From Desulfobacterales bacterium (GTDB lineage Bacteria > Desulfobacterota > Desulfobacteria > Desulfobacterales > UBA5852), in NCBI GenBank assembly GCA_963674755.2, contig CAXXVS010000003.1:1344001-1408000 (forward strand): 64,000 nucleotides of DNA, in the 5' to 3' direction. How positions within the stretch are numbered: position 1 is the stretch's first letter; every line of letters starts with the position of its first letter. This document shows, one piece after another, positions 52,348-61,293 of the stretch. A model generated the notes under the pieces. The model was not told the origin of the DNA, did no database searches, and saw only the letters and a list, made by a program, of their open reading frames with translations. Position numbers and translations under genes: made by a program.

Positions 52348-53492
52348 AACCCCGAATCCTTCTGGTGGACGACGACCCTCTGCTTCTGGCCGGCCTTAGA
52401 CGCCAACTCCGGCGGCAATTCCATATCGAAACGGCGCCGGGAGCCGGGGAGGCGCTGCAGATGGTGACGGGCCATGATCCCTATACGGTGGTGGTGTCCG
52501 ATTTCCGGATGCCGGGGATGAACGGCATCGACCTGCTGGCCCGCATCAAGGCGCTGCAGCCCGACACGGTGCGCATGATGCTGACCGGCTCCACCGACCT
52601 GGCCACGGCGGTCAAGGCGGTGAACGAGGGCCACATCTTCCAGTTCCACCTCAAGCCCTGTCCGGCCGATGCCCTGGCCCGGGCCATTCAGGAGGGCGTG
52701 GCCCACTACGAGGAAGCCGCGACCCGGACCTCCCAGATCCGGGCCATGGAAAAAACCATGGCCCAGGCCAGCGAAGTGCAGCGCAATTTGATGCCCAGGG
52801 ATCATTTTGCGGCCGAAGGGTTGGAAGTCGCCGGGCAAAGCCAGTGGTGCGATGAAACCGGGGGCGACTACTACGACTTCTTCCCCCGCCAGGTGGATGG
52901 ACAGGCCCGTACGGGCATCGTGATCGGCGACGTGACCGGCCACGGGATTCCCTCGGCCCTTTTGATGACCACCGCCCGGGCCTTCCTGCGGGAGCGGATC
53001 AAGGCCCCGGGCTCGACGGCGGACATCATGACGGACGTCAACCGGCACCTGGCCCGCGACGTGGAAGGGACCAACCGCTTCATGAGCATGTTCTACTGTG
53101 AGATCGAAGCGGTCCGCCGGCGTATTTGCTGGACCCGCGCCGGTCACGATCCGGCCCTGATCTACACCCCCGGATCGGAAGCCGTGGACGAATTGGCGGG
53201 CCCCGGATTCCCGCTGCCCCTGGGCGTTATGGAAAGCGCCGTCTACGAGGAGGGCGGCCGCGATCTGCAGGCCGGCCAGGTGGTTGTGATCGGCACCGAC
53301 GGCATCTGGGAGGCCCGCAACCCCCGCGGGGAGTATTTCGGCAAGAACCGCCTGATGGACCTGATCAAAACCCGGGCGGATCGATCCGCCCGGGAAATGG
53401 CCCACGCCCTTGTCGAGGCGCTGGACGCCTTTCGCCATCCCCACCCCCCGGAGGACGATGCCACCCTGGTGGTGATCAAGATGACGGATTGA
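52344..53492 (+). CDS. receiver + PP2C/SpoIIE phosphatase
   Basis: SDFRMPGMNG receiver; GGDYYD, GDVTGHG, AGH, TDGIWEA and DDATLV. Confidence 0.92.
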   Translation: MKPRILLVDDDPLLLAGLRRQLRRQFHIETAPGAGEALQMVTGHDPYTVVVSDFRMPGMNGIDLLARIKALQPDTVRMMLTGSTDLATAVKAVNEGHIFQFHLKPCPADALARAIQEGVAHYEEAATRTSQIRAMEKTMAQASEVQRNLMPRDHFAAEGLEVAGQSQWCDETGGDYYDFFPRQVDGQARTGIVIGDVTGHGIPSALLMTTARAFLRERIKAPGSTADIMTDVNRHLARDVEGTNRFMSMFYCEIEAVRRRICWTRAGHDPALIYTPGSEAVDELAGPGFPLPLGVMESAVYEEGGRDLQAGQVVVIGTDGIWEARNPRGEYFGKNRLMDLIKTRADRSAREMAHALVEALDAFRHPHPPEDDATLVVIKMTD

Positions 53493-53687
53493 GAGAGATT
53501 GGCCGCGGCGCGAGGCCGCGTTTTTCGCGGGGGATTACGGCGGAAGGCGCATATCCCTTTTAAGGCGGGGATGAGGCGCCCTTCGACGGCCTGGGGCTGG
53601 ATTGGTTTGGCGATGCTGCCCGGGGGTGGGTTCTTCCCCAGGGGGTTCGGCAGGCTAGCGGTTTTCCGCGCAGGAAACCCTGCCGCA

Positions 53688-54227
53688 TCATTCCGGCATT
53701 GTGCCGGCCGAGATGGCTTTTGCGCGATGGCGCTTTCCGGCGGGCGTCTTTGCCGATGCGGCCGCCGGTTCCTGATGACGCAACCAGGGGAAGCGGCGCA
53801 CCGCTGCGGGCTGCAGCAGGGTTTGCAACGTCGGGCGGGCCGGGTGCCACAGCATGACGGCAGCCAGGGCGGCCACTACGGTTTCCGGCGCGAGGGTGCC
53901 CAGGTGGTCCACCGGCCCATAGATCAAGCGGCAGGCGGCAGCTACCTCGTCCTTGCGCCCCCAGGCCAGGCAAGTCTGCATGAGTCTGCGGCCCACGGCG
54001 GCCGTGAGCGCGCACTGACCCTTGCACAGGGCCCCCACCAGGGCGCGCACCGGGCGCCCGCCCAAGCCGACCCATTGGTGGAAGTCCGTGACCGTCAATT
54101 CCGGTGATCGCCCGCTGCGGGGATCACGGGCCATGTGACCGTCCATCAGGACCACCAGTCCACGGCAGCAGATGATGGTCTCCCGGTCGCTAAGGGCGGT
54201 GATGGTTTCGCGCAGGTCGGCTTGCAT
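53688..54227 (-). CDS. hypothetical protein (179 aa)
   Basis: Only plausible ORF in this gap; ATG lies just downstream of a -24/-12 element. Confidence 0.5.
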   Translation of the reverse strand: MQADLRETITALSDRETIICCRGLVVLMDGHMARDPRSGRSPELTVTDFHQWVGLGGRPVRALVGALCKGQCALTAAVGRRLMQTCLAWGRKDEVAAACRLIYGPVDHLGTLAPETVVAALAAVMLWHPARPTLQTLLQPAAVRRFPWLRHQEPAAASAKTPAGKRHRAKAISAGTMPE

Positions 54228-54240
54228 AGAGGTATCTAAC

Positions 54241-54256
54241 GCACAAGACGTGCCAA
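54241..54256 (-). promoter_or_regulatory. sigma54 (-24/-12) promoter candidate
   Basis: Minus strand TTGGCAC-GTCTT-GTGC, with correct GG-to-GC spacing. Confidence 0.6.
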
Positions 54257-54440
54257 TAGAACCGCGCCACTCCCCGGAAAATGAGCATGCTCCCATTTCC
54301 CTATGTCCGCCGGGTGGGACGGCTTTATAGAATCTTCTTCCCGGGCAAAGCGGTGAGGCCCTGTTTGTTAATCTTCTTGGCGGTTGATCGTTAAGATGAT
54401 TGACACCCGGGCATCCGGCGAAGACGTTCTTCTCCTGTCT

Positions 54441-55646
54441 TCATTCCGGCACGATACCAGGCAGGGCCCGGCGCATCTGCCGCAGGGCCTGGCGAATGCG
54501 GTGCTCGTTTTCCACCAGGGCCAGGCGCAGGTAGCCTTCCCCCTCCTCGCCGAAGCCGATGCCCGGTGCGACCGCCACGTTGCCTTCTTCCATCAAGCGC
54601 AGAGCGAATTCCATGGAGCCCATGGCATCGTAAGGCGCCGGCAGTTTGGCCCACACGAACATGCCGGCCCGGGGGCGGGTGATCTCCCATCCCATTTTCT
54701 GCAACCCTTCACAGAGGATGTCCCGCCGCAGTTGGTACTTCTCTACCTGTTCCTCGATTTCAGCATCGCAGTGGCGCAGGGCCATGATCCCCGCCACCTG
54801 AATGGCGGAAAAAATGCCGTAATCATAGTACCCTTTGATCTTGGCCAGTCCTGCAATAATCTGTCGATTGCCGACGCAATACCCCAGACGCCAGCCGGCC
54901 ATGTTGTAGGTCTTGGAGAAGCTGCCGAACTCGACACCCACCTCCCGGGCTCCGGGAACTTCCAGGAAGCTGGGCGGCTGATAGCCGTCGAAGGCGATCT
55001 TGGCATAGGCGAAATCATGGATGACCATGAAGTCGTAGCGTTGGGCCAGGCGCACGATCTCCCGGAAGAGATCCCGGCTGCCGAGCATGGCGGTGGGGTT
55101 GTGGGGGTAGTTGAGGATCAGCAGTTTGGGCCGCGGGGAGACATTGCGGCACATGTCGGCGATGCGGCGCACGAAGACCTCGTCTTCATCCAGCATGATG
55201 CGGATCACGCTGCCCCCGGCAATGATGGCGGCGTAGATGTGCACCGGAAAGGCCGGGGCCGGGACCAGGACGGTGTCCCCCGGTCCCACCAGGGCCAGGC
55301 AGAGGTGGGAGATGCCCTCCTTGGAGCCGATGGTGCAGATGACTTCGGCATCGCTGTCCAATTCGACGCCGTAATCGGCCTGGTAGCGCAGGGCGATTTC
55401 CCGGCGCAGGCTGCGCAGGCCGTCGGCGGCCGGGTAGCGGTGGGTCTTGGGATCCCGGGCCACCTCGCTCAGTTTTTCGCTCACTGTGGTGGGGGCCGGA
55501 TCGATGGGGTTGCCCATGCCGAGATCGATGACGTCGTCCCCCCGCCGGCGTTTTTCCATTTTCGATTTGTTGATCATGCCGAAGAGGTAGGGCGGGAGCT
55601 GGCTCATGCGTTGGGCGAAACGGATGGTGGGCGGGTGATCGTTCAT
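54441..55646 (-). CDS. alaC: class I/II PLP aminotransferase, AlaC (glutamate-pyruvate aminotransferase)-like
   Basis: LPPYLF, MGNP, TIGSKEG, PVHIY, HDFAY, SKTYNMAGWRLG, YDYGIF, MGSMEFA and ALVENEHRIRQA closely follow E. coli AlaC as I recall it. Confidence 0.75.
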   Translation of the reverse strand: MNDHPPTIRFAQRMSQLPPYLFGMINKSKMEKRRRGDDVIDLGMGNPIDPAPTTVSEKLSEVARDPKTHRYPAADGLRSLRREIALRYQADYGVELDSDAEVICTIGSKEGISHLCLALVGPGDTVLVPAPAFPVHIYAAIIAGGSVIRIMLDEDEVFVRRIADMCRNVSPRPKLLILNYPHNPTAMLGSRDLFREIVRLAQRYDFMVIHDFAYAKIAFDGYQPPSFLEVPGAREVGVEFGSFSKTYNMAGWRLGYCVGNRQIIAGLAKIKGYYDYGIFSAIQVAGIMALRHCDAEIEEQVEKYQLRRDILCEGLQKMGWEITRPRAGMFVWAKLPAPYDAMGSMEFALRLMEEGNVAVAPGIGFGEEGEGYLRLALVENEHRIRQALRQMRRALPGIVPE

Positions 55647-55694
55647 GGCCATTTTCCTTTTTTGATAAGGGTGAGTGTTTCCCGATCGTCCAAT

Positions 55695-55731
55695 AAAAAA
55701 CCCCGGGCCGTTCATGCTCGGCCCGGGGTTT
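55695..55731 (-). terminator. attenuator terminator 2
   Basis: Minus strand AAACCCCGGGCCG-AGCATGAA-CGGCCCGGGGTTT followed by TTTATT. Confidence 0.85.
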
Positions 55732-55766
55732 AAAAAAAGCCATGGGCCGATTGGCCAGCCCATGGC
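55732..55766 (-). terminator. attenuator hairpin/terminator 1
   Basis: Minus strand GCCATGGGCTGG-CCAA-TCGGCCCATGGC followed by TTTTTTT. Confidence 0.8.
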
Positions 55767-55790
55767 GACGGTTACAGCATCTATGCTTGT

Positions 55791-55868
55791 TTAGCTGCTG
55801 TCGACCGCATCAAGGGCTGGCACCCCGGCTGCGGCCGCTGCAGCTGATGTCAACATCAGCGTTGTCAT
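55791..55868 (-). CDS. Ala-rich leader peptide MTTLMLTSAAAAAAGVPALDAVDSS (25 aa)
   Basis: RBS AAAAAGGAAA upstream of ATG; six consecutive Ala codons GCT GCA GCG GCC GCA GCC; TAA stop just before the terminator hairpins. Confidence 0.8.
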   Translation of the reverse strand: MTTLMLTSAAAAAAGVPALDAVDSS

Positions 55869-55901
55869 TGGATGGATTTCCTTTTTGAACGAAACGCCGT
55901 C

Positions 55902-55930
55902 ACCTTAAGGAAATTCGTCCATCCTGTCAA
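55902..55930 (-). promoter_or_regulatory. sigma70 promoter for the leader-alaC transcript
   Basis: Minus strand TTGACA-N17-TAAGGT. Confidence 0.7.
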
Positions 55931-56418
55931 ATGCAAACTTGTTGCCAGCCCTTCGGCAGGTCGCTTGCGGCCAGCCCTAACGTTTCAGCGAAGGCCTTCA
56001 GTTGGTAGGCCGTGCAATTGACGGCGCCGGGTGGTCGCCCGTGGGCCACGTCATCGGTTTCAACCGCCAGGAACCTCGCCAGGGCTTGGGCCGCCGCCTG
56101 ACGGTGGGGTGTGGTATCACGGCCTTCCCGTTCGCAGAAGCGGGTCAGGCGCTGCCAGTTCGCGATGGCTCGGGCCAACCCCCGATAGATGGAACGGTCG
56201 CGGAAGCGCGGGTTGAGATCCCGCAGGAGGATGCGCTGATAGCGCTGCTCCACGGCATCCTTCAGCGACGCGATGTCTTCCGGCGTCAGATCCAGACAGG
56301 GCCCGCCACGATCCTCCTGGAGATCGTAGAGCGCGGTATGCAGGGCGACTTCGGGCATTTCCCCCGAGTGGTGAATGGCGAAAACTTCCTCTTCGATCAA
56401 ACTGTGGTGATCCGTCAT
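55927..56418 (-). CDS. conserved-looking hypothetical protein
   Basis: 163 aa; RBS AGGAGG. Confidence 0.75.
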   Translation of the reverse strand: MTDHHSLIEEEVFAIHHSGEMPEVALHTALYDLQEDRGGPCLDLTPEDIASLKDAVEQRYQRILLRDLNPRFRDRSIYRGLARAIANWQRLTRFCEREGRDTTPHRQAAAQALARFLAVETDDVAHGRPPGAVNCTAYQLKAFAETLGLAASDLPKGWQQVCI

Positions 56419-56742
56419 GGTGCGATAGGCCTCCTGAGGGGATGACGGCCAAGGTGCCGCGCGGATAGAGCCCCAAATGGCTTGAAACTTGCAAATTTTA
56501 CAGTGCAGGACAAAAGCAATGCCCGGTATGTTGTAGGAAAGCGATATGATTACAGTATGTTGGTGTTATCAATAAAAGAGCTCGGGTGAACAGACGAACA
56601 CCCCGACAGGCGTGTTCTGTATCTTTTATAATACGGCCTGTCAATCCGGCTTTGCCGCACCAAGGGCAGCGCCCGTATTGAGTGTCTATCCAAAGATGCC
56701 ATTGATGGATGCGCACTATGCATCGCGAAAGGGTGGAGTACC

Positions 56743-57684
56743 ATGCTGGTCCATGTCATCGGGAATGCATCGCCAACCCAACTGGAAACGCCGCTCAAGG
56801 CCAAGGGGGACGCCCCTGTTCTGCGGGAAAAGGTTTTCGGCCTGCCGGTGGACCGCGATATCCTGTTCGCCGACGAACACAACATCTACCAGCCCGCCAT
56901 CGAAAAACGGCAGCGCAAATGGATCGTGAAACTGTCCTTTTTAAAACCGTTTCTGCTGTCCGGCGAACGCATCCTGCGCATTACCCCGGCCCGTTCGCCC
57001 ATCCGCTGGCGCGAACAGCTGGTCACCGGCGGCTTGTTCCTGAACCTCGAACGGGCTTTCCTCATTTTTACCAGCTATCGCATTCTGCACATTCCCACCG
57101 GCAGTGACTTCGCCTACCGTCAGTGCATCGCCCAGGTCCGCTACAGGGATATCCGCAGCATCCGCCTGGGCTGGCAGGGCCTTGTCATGGATTACAAAAA
57201 CGGCCGCCGGGAGTGCTTCGGCGGAATTCCCCGGCGCGAAAAAAAGAAAATCCGCCAGCTGCTGCCGGCCCTGCCCCTGGTCAAACAGACGCTCCAGCCG
57301 GTGGGCCGCCGGCACCTTTGCCCCCGTTGCACCGCTGTCCTCTCGGAGCGCACCATGCGCTGCCGGCGGTGTGCCCTTCCCTTCAAGTCCCGCAAAATCG
57401 CCGCCCTGATGGCAGTCCTCTTCCCTGGCGGGGGCTATGTCTATCTACGCTTGATTTTCCCGGCCATCGTTCTCGGCCTTCTCGAAGTATTGGTGCTGGC
57501 GGCCTTCGTGGCGACCGAGGCGCATGTCGTGCCGGTAGAAGCGAACCGCTTTCTGATATTGGCCGGCCTGGGCCTGATCTGGGTTGCCATCAAGACGGCC
57601 GGATGGCTGCACGCCGGTCATTTCATCAAGCAGTATATTCCTCGCAAGGTCCGCCTGGGCCATTGGTCGCCATCCGGATCCTGA
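56743..57684 (+). CDS. hypothetical membrane protein with zinc-ribbon motif
   Basis: CPRC...CRRC followed by FPGGGYVY and C-terminal TM helices; RBS GGAG. Confidence 0.75.
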   Translation: MLVHVIGNASPTQLETPLKAKGDAPVLREKVFGLPVDRDILFADEHNIYQPAIEKRQRKWIVKLSFLKPFLLSGERILRITPARSPIRWREQLVTGGLFLNLERAFLIFTSYRILHIPTGSDFAYRQCIAQVRYRDIRSIRLGWQGLVMDYKNGRRECFGGIPRREKKKIRQLLPALPLVKQTLQPVGRRHLCPRCTAVLSERTMRCRRCALPFKSRKIAALMAVLFPGGGYVYLRLIFPAIVLGLLEVLVLAAFVATEAHVVPVEANRFLILAGLGLIWVAIKTAGWLHAGHFIKQYIPRKVRLGHWSPSGS

Positions 57685-57903
57685 ACTTAACCGTTTGTGC
57701 CGCTGGCATGGCGCGCGGGATGGGGGGGGTGCTGAAAAGGGAGGTTCCCCGGCTGCGGCAGAACAGCCGGGGAACGGGCTTCGATGACGGAGGCGAATGC
57801 CTCGTCGGCAGAAATTTGGGCAATGTCTCCTGTGGGGTGTATCGACACAACCACTCGGTGATCCCAGCCAATATCGGGATCAATCGCATCCTATTTTTAT
57901 CCG

Positions 57904-58075
57904 TTGTTCATTTTCTTTCGCGTGAAAGAAAACGGAACCAAAAGAAAACGCCCGTGCTCCGCTTTTTCCTGCGCGTCGTCGCCACAACCGGAGCACGCGG
58001 AAACTCGCTTCGCTCAAACAGTCCGCGCGCTTTTTTCCGGTTGCATCGCCGATGCTCGGCGCGGAGCAAAGGGAT
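57904..58075. repeat. structured intergenic repeat, copy 1
   Basis: Shares blocks such as TTGTTCATTTTCTT, CCTGCGCGTCGTCGC, CCGGAGCACGCGGAAAC, ACAGTCCGCGCGCTTT and GCCGATGCTCGGCGCGG with 61079-61293. Confidence 0.85.
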
Positions 58076-58192
58076 AAACCCACTAACTTCTTACAGAGTT
58101 CCCACCTGAATTGAAGGTATAAAGTATGCCGATTTTGTAGTGAGAGACTCGCTCAGAGAAGAAATAAAAGGGCTTTAAGGTTCGCATTGATA

Positions 58193-58226
58193 CTCGAATC
58201 CTCGACCCCTTGGCCCCTGGAACCCT
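58193..58226. repeat. degenerate 8-bp tandem repeats
   Basis: CTCGAATC CTCGACCC CTTGGCCC CTGGAACC. Confidence 0.55.
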
Positions 58227-58233
58227 TTCCTTC

Positions 58234-58617
58234 TCAAGCCGCCTTTTTGTCTTCTCCCGATGCGGCCTTGCGGGGTTTGCGCCGGACTTCTCCCTGCAGA
58301 ATCAGCTCTTCGCGGACGATTGCCGGGCGTCGGTAGACCGTCTCCTGCCGGAGGCAGCTCTTGGGGCAGGCGGCCACACAGATGCCGCAGCCGATGCAGG
58401 CCATGGGGTCCAGAGTCCAGGTGGCAGCGGCCTTGTCCACCGAAATGCATTGGGACGGGCATTTACGGGCGCAGGCCCCGCAAAAGATGCAGTCTTCCAC
58501 CGCATTGGCCAGTTCGCCCCGGGCGCGTTCAAACGGCTCGCGCTGCTCGATGGGGTAGAGACGGGTGGCGCTTTTGCTGAACAAATTTTTCAGGATGTGG
58601 GGCGTCATGAACATCAT
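58234..58617 (-). CDS. echF: Ech hydrogenase 2x[4Fe-4S] subunit
   Basis: CIFCGACARKCP and CIGCGICVAACP; operon position. Confidence 0.9.
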   Translation of the reverse strand: MMFMTPHILKNLFSKSATRLYPIEQREPFERARGELANAVEDCIFCGACARKCPSQCISVDKAAATWTLDPMACIGCGICVAACPKSCLRQETVYRRPAIVREELILQGEVRRKPRKAASGEDKKAA

Positions 58618-58629
58618 GGTGGCGTTCTC

Positions 58630-59706
58630 CTATCGTTCGGTGCAGCTGATGCAGGGGTCAATGGACAGGACGATCACCGGCACGTCCGCCAGCTGGCAGC
58701 CGGGCAGCATGGCCAGCAGGGGGGCGATATTGGCGAAGGTGGGCGTGCGGATGCGCAGGCGCTCCAGGTGTTTGGACCCGTCGCACTTCATGTAGTAGAG
58801 CAGTTCCCCCCGGGGCTGCTCCACACGGCTGACCATCTCCCCTTCGGGGAAGCCCTTGACCTTGACGTTGATTTCGCCGGCCGGCAGCTTGTCGATGGCC
58901 TGGCGCACCAGGTCGATAGACTGCAGGGTTTCCCGGAAGCGCACTGCCCCTCGGGCGTAGGCATCCCCGTCGGTTTCCACCACCGGTTCGAAATCCAGCT
59001 CGTCGAAGGCAGCGTAGCGCAGCTGGCGCATGTCCTGGGCCCAGCCGCTGGCCCGCAGGGTGGGACCGGCCGCGCCCAATTCATAGGCTTGAGCCTTGTC
59101 GAGCACCCCCTTGCCCACCGTGCGCTTCTTGACGGTGTAGTCATTGAGCATGGTGGTCTGGATGGCCTTCAATTCTTTTTCCACGAGGTCCAGCTCCTTC
59201 AGGATCCACTGCTGTTGTTCGACGGGAATGTCGTAGCGCACGCCGCCGATGACGTTTACCGAAACGATCACCCGGTTGCCGCTGGTAGCCTCGTTGATGT
59301 CCATGATGCGTTCGCGGATTTTCCACAGCTGCATGAACAGGCTCTCGAAGCCGAAGGCATCGGCATAGAGTCCCAGCCAGAGGAGGTGGCTGTGCATGCG
59401 GTGCAGCTCGGACCAGACGACTCGCAGGAGACGGGCCCGGGGAGGCGCTGTCACGTCCATTTGTTTCTCGATGGCCTGGCAATAGCACATGGCGTGAATC
59501 ATGGAGCAGATGCCGCAGACCCGTTCCACCACCTGGATCATCTGGTGGATGTCGCGGATTTCGCAAAGTTTTTCCAGGCCGCGATGTACGAATCCGATCT
59601 GGGGGATGGCTTCGGTAACGATTTCGTCTTCCATCACCAGTTTCAAGTGCAGCGGTTCCGGTAGAACGGGATGCTGAGGGCCGAAAGGGATCGTCATTTT
59701 GGACAT
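58630..59706 (-). CDS. echE: Ech [NiFe]-hydrogenase large subunit
   Basis: PFGPQHP, ERVCGICS and terminal DPCISCTER with no C-terminal extension. Confidence 0.93.
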   Translation of the reverse strand: MSKMTIPFGPQHPVLPEPLHLKLVMEDEIVTEAIPQIGFVHRGLEKLCEIRDIHQMIQVVERVCGICSMIHAMCYCQAIEKQMDVTAPPRARLLRVVWSELHRMHSHLLWLGLYADAFGFESLFMQLWKIRERIMDINEATSGNRVIVSVNVIGGVRYDIPVEQQQWILKELDLVEKELKAIQTTMLNDYTVKKRTVGKGVLDKAQAYELGAAGPTLRASGWAQDMRQLRYAAFDELDFEPVVETDGDAYARGAVRFRETLQSIDLVRQAIDKLPAGEINVKVKGFPEGEMVSRVEQPRGELLYYMKCDGSKHLERLRIRTPTFANIAPLLAMLPGCQLADVPVIVLSIDPCISCTER

Positions 59707-59991
59707 GCGTCTACCTCGTCTGGGGGGTGAAGGCGGCCGGCGTGTCCTGGCGAAGACGACGCCGGCCGCGTTCGGGTATAACGGACGGCCGTGGGGCCGC
59801 TGTTGTGTGGAACATTTCGCATGGACGGGCTTGCGCCGCGGTGTTTTGGGAACAAAGGAGGCGGTCCCGCCGGCCGTCCGTTAATCGGTGTTGACTTCAT
59901 GCTGAATCGCTCGTTGTCGCCTTTGCAAAAGCGTTCACCACGAAGGGCACGAAGAGAGAAAAGAATCTTTGTACGGTTTCGTGGCATTTTT

Positions 59992-60384
59992 CTATCGGCC
60001 CTGCTTGGCCGATGAGGACCGGGTAGCTTTGACGACGCCATATTTGCAAAAGGGCGTCCGCCCGACCTCCTCTTCCAGGTAGAGGCCGGCCTCGTAGTCC
60101 AGGGCCAGGCCATCGAAGCGCAGGCCGAACTGATCCTGGATCTCGTTTTCCACCAGAACAGCAGCGAAATAGGCCCCGGAAATGCTGGGAACCGGGCGAT
60201 TCTTGCTGACATTCACCCGGAAGTGCTGCAAGGTGATCTCCCGGTCGAAGTGATAGATCAGGTCCACCTCGTGCGCGTTGAGATCCACTGCCGTCAGGGT
60301 CACCAGGCGGTAGCCGGCCTGTTTCATCCGTTTGGCGGCAGGGATGATTTCGTCGGTGGTGATGGAAGACATGTTGTCGATCAT
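59992..60384 (-). CDS. echD: Ech hydrogenase subunit D (NuoC-like)
   Basis: LIYHFD and VPSISGAYFAAVLVENEIQDQFG. Confidence 0.88.
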   Translation of the reverse strand: MIDNMSSITTDEIIPAAKRMKQAGYRLVTLTAVDLNAHEVDLIYHFDREITLQHFRVNVSKNRPVPSISGAYFAAVLVENEIQDQFGLRFDGLALDYEAGLYLEEEVGRTPFCKYGVVKATRSSSAKQGR

Positions 60385-60528
60385 GTTCGGTTTTTCCTTT
60401 TTAGGATTCTTCGCGCGTTGTTTCGGGGCGCCGTGGGATTCAGGGCATAAAGACCGGAATAGCGGAGTGCTTCATCCAAATTACTTGGGTGGAAAGGCTT
60501 TACAACCCACCTTCCTGTCTGTCTTTCA

Positions 60529-60566
60529 CCCGATCCCCTGGGGCCTTGAACCCTCGGCCCCCTGAA
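60529..60566. repeat. degenerate 8-bp tandem repeats
   Basis: CCCGATCC CCTGGGGC CTTGAACC CTCGGCCC CCTGAA; same family as 58193-58226. Confidence 0.5.
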
Positions 60567-60567
60567 G

Positions 60568-61011
60568 TCACGCCGCCTCCCGGGCCTTGCTCTTGAAGAC
60601 TTCGATGGCCTGCACCACGCCGTCGATGATGGCCTCCGGTTTGGGGGGGCAGCCGTAGACATAGACGTCCACCGGGATCACCTTGTCGATGCCCCCCACC
60701 ACATTGTAGGCCTCCCGGAAGATGCCGCCGGACAACCCGCAGGCCCCGATGGCGATGACGGCCTTGGGGTCCGGAATCTGGTCGTAGATCTTCTTCAGGA
60801 CATGCTTGTTGCGGTGGTTCACCGTGCCGGTCACCATGAGGATGTCGGCGTGCTTGGGGTTGCCCACGTTGACCACCCCGAAGCGCTCCACGTCGTAGAC
60901 GGGTGTCAGGCAGGCCAGCGTCTCGATGTCGCACCCGTTGCAGCTGCCGCAGTCGAAGTGCACGATCCAGGGTGACTTGGCGCGCGCTTTTTCGATAAAG
61001 TCTTTAATCAT
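60568..61011 (-). CDS. echC: Ech hydrogenase small subunit
   Basis: SPWIVHFDCGSCNGCDIE, GNPKHADI, IGAC and GCPPKPEAI. Confidence 0.92.
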   Translation of the reverse strand: MIKDFIEKARAKSPWIVHFDCGSCNGCDIETLACLTPVYDVERFGVVNVGNPKHADILMVTGTVNHRNKHVLKKIYDQIPDPKAVIAIGACGLSGGIFREAYNVVGGIDKVIPVDVYVYGCPPKPEAIIDGVVQAIEVFKSKAREAA

Positions 61012-61078
61012 GATATATCTTTTATCCTCCCGGACGCTAAAATTTCCGTATCGTATTGCCAATCTTGCGACGTTTTGT

Positions 61079-61293
61079 TTGTTCATTTTCTTCCACGTGG
61101 AAGAAAACGAACCAATCACGCCACGGCGTGACAGGCTTCAGACGCCCGTGTCCCGCTTCATCCTGCGCGTCGTCGCGTCGGCCGGAGCACGCGGAAACAC
61201 GCTCCGCCTTCGCTCTGGCTACGGCAGAGCTCAGACAGTCCGCGCGCTTTATTCCGTCCGCCCAGCCGATGCTCGGCGCGGGACAAATGGGAT
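61079..61293. repeat. structured intergenic repeat, copy 2 (inside the ech operon)
   Basis: Diverged copy of 57904-58075 with two extra inserted hairpins. Confidence 0.85.

Noticed and set aside
53600..53690. Possible c-di-GMP-I riboswitch (GGCTAGCGG segment)
   Set aside because: The conserved GGCAAA...GACGCAAA core is absent
55647..55763. N-terminal extension of the aminotransferase given in the ORF track
   Set aside because: It runs through the terminator hairpins; the RBS supports a start at 55646
58630..58660. Hydrogenase large subunit lacking a cleavable C-terminal extension
   Set aside because: This is normal for Ech-type enzymes
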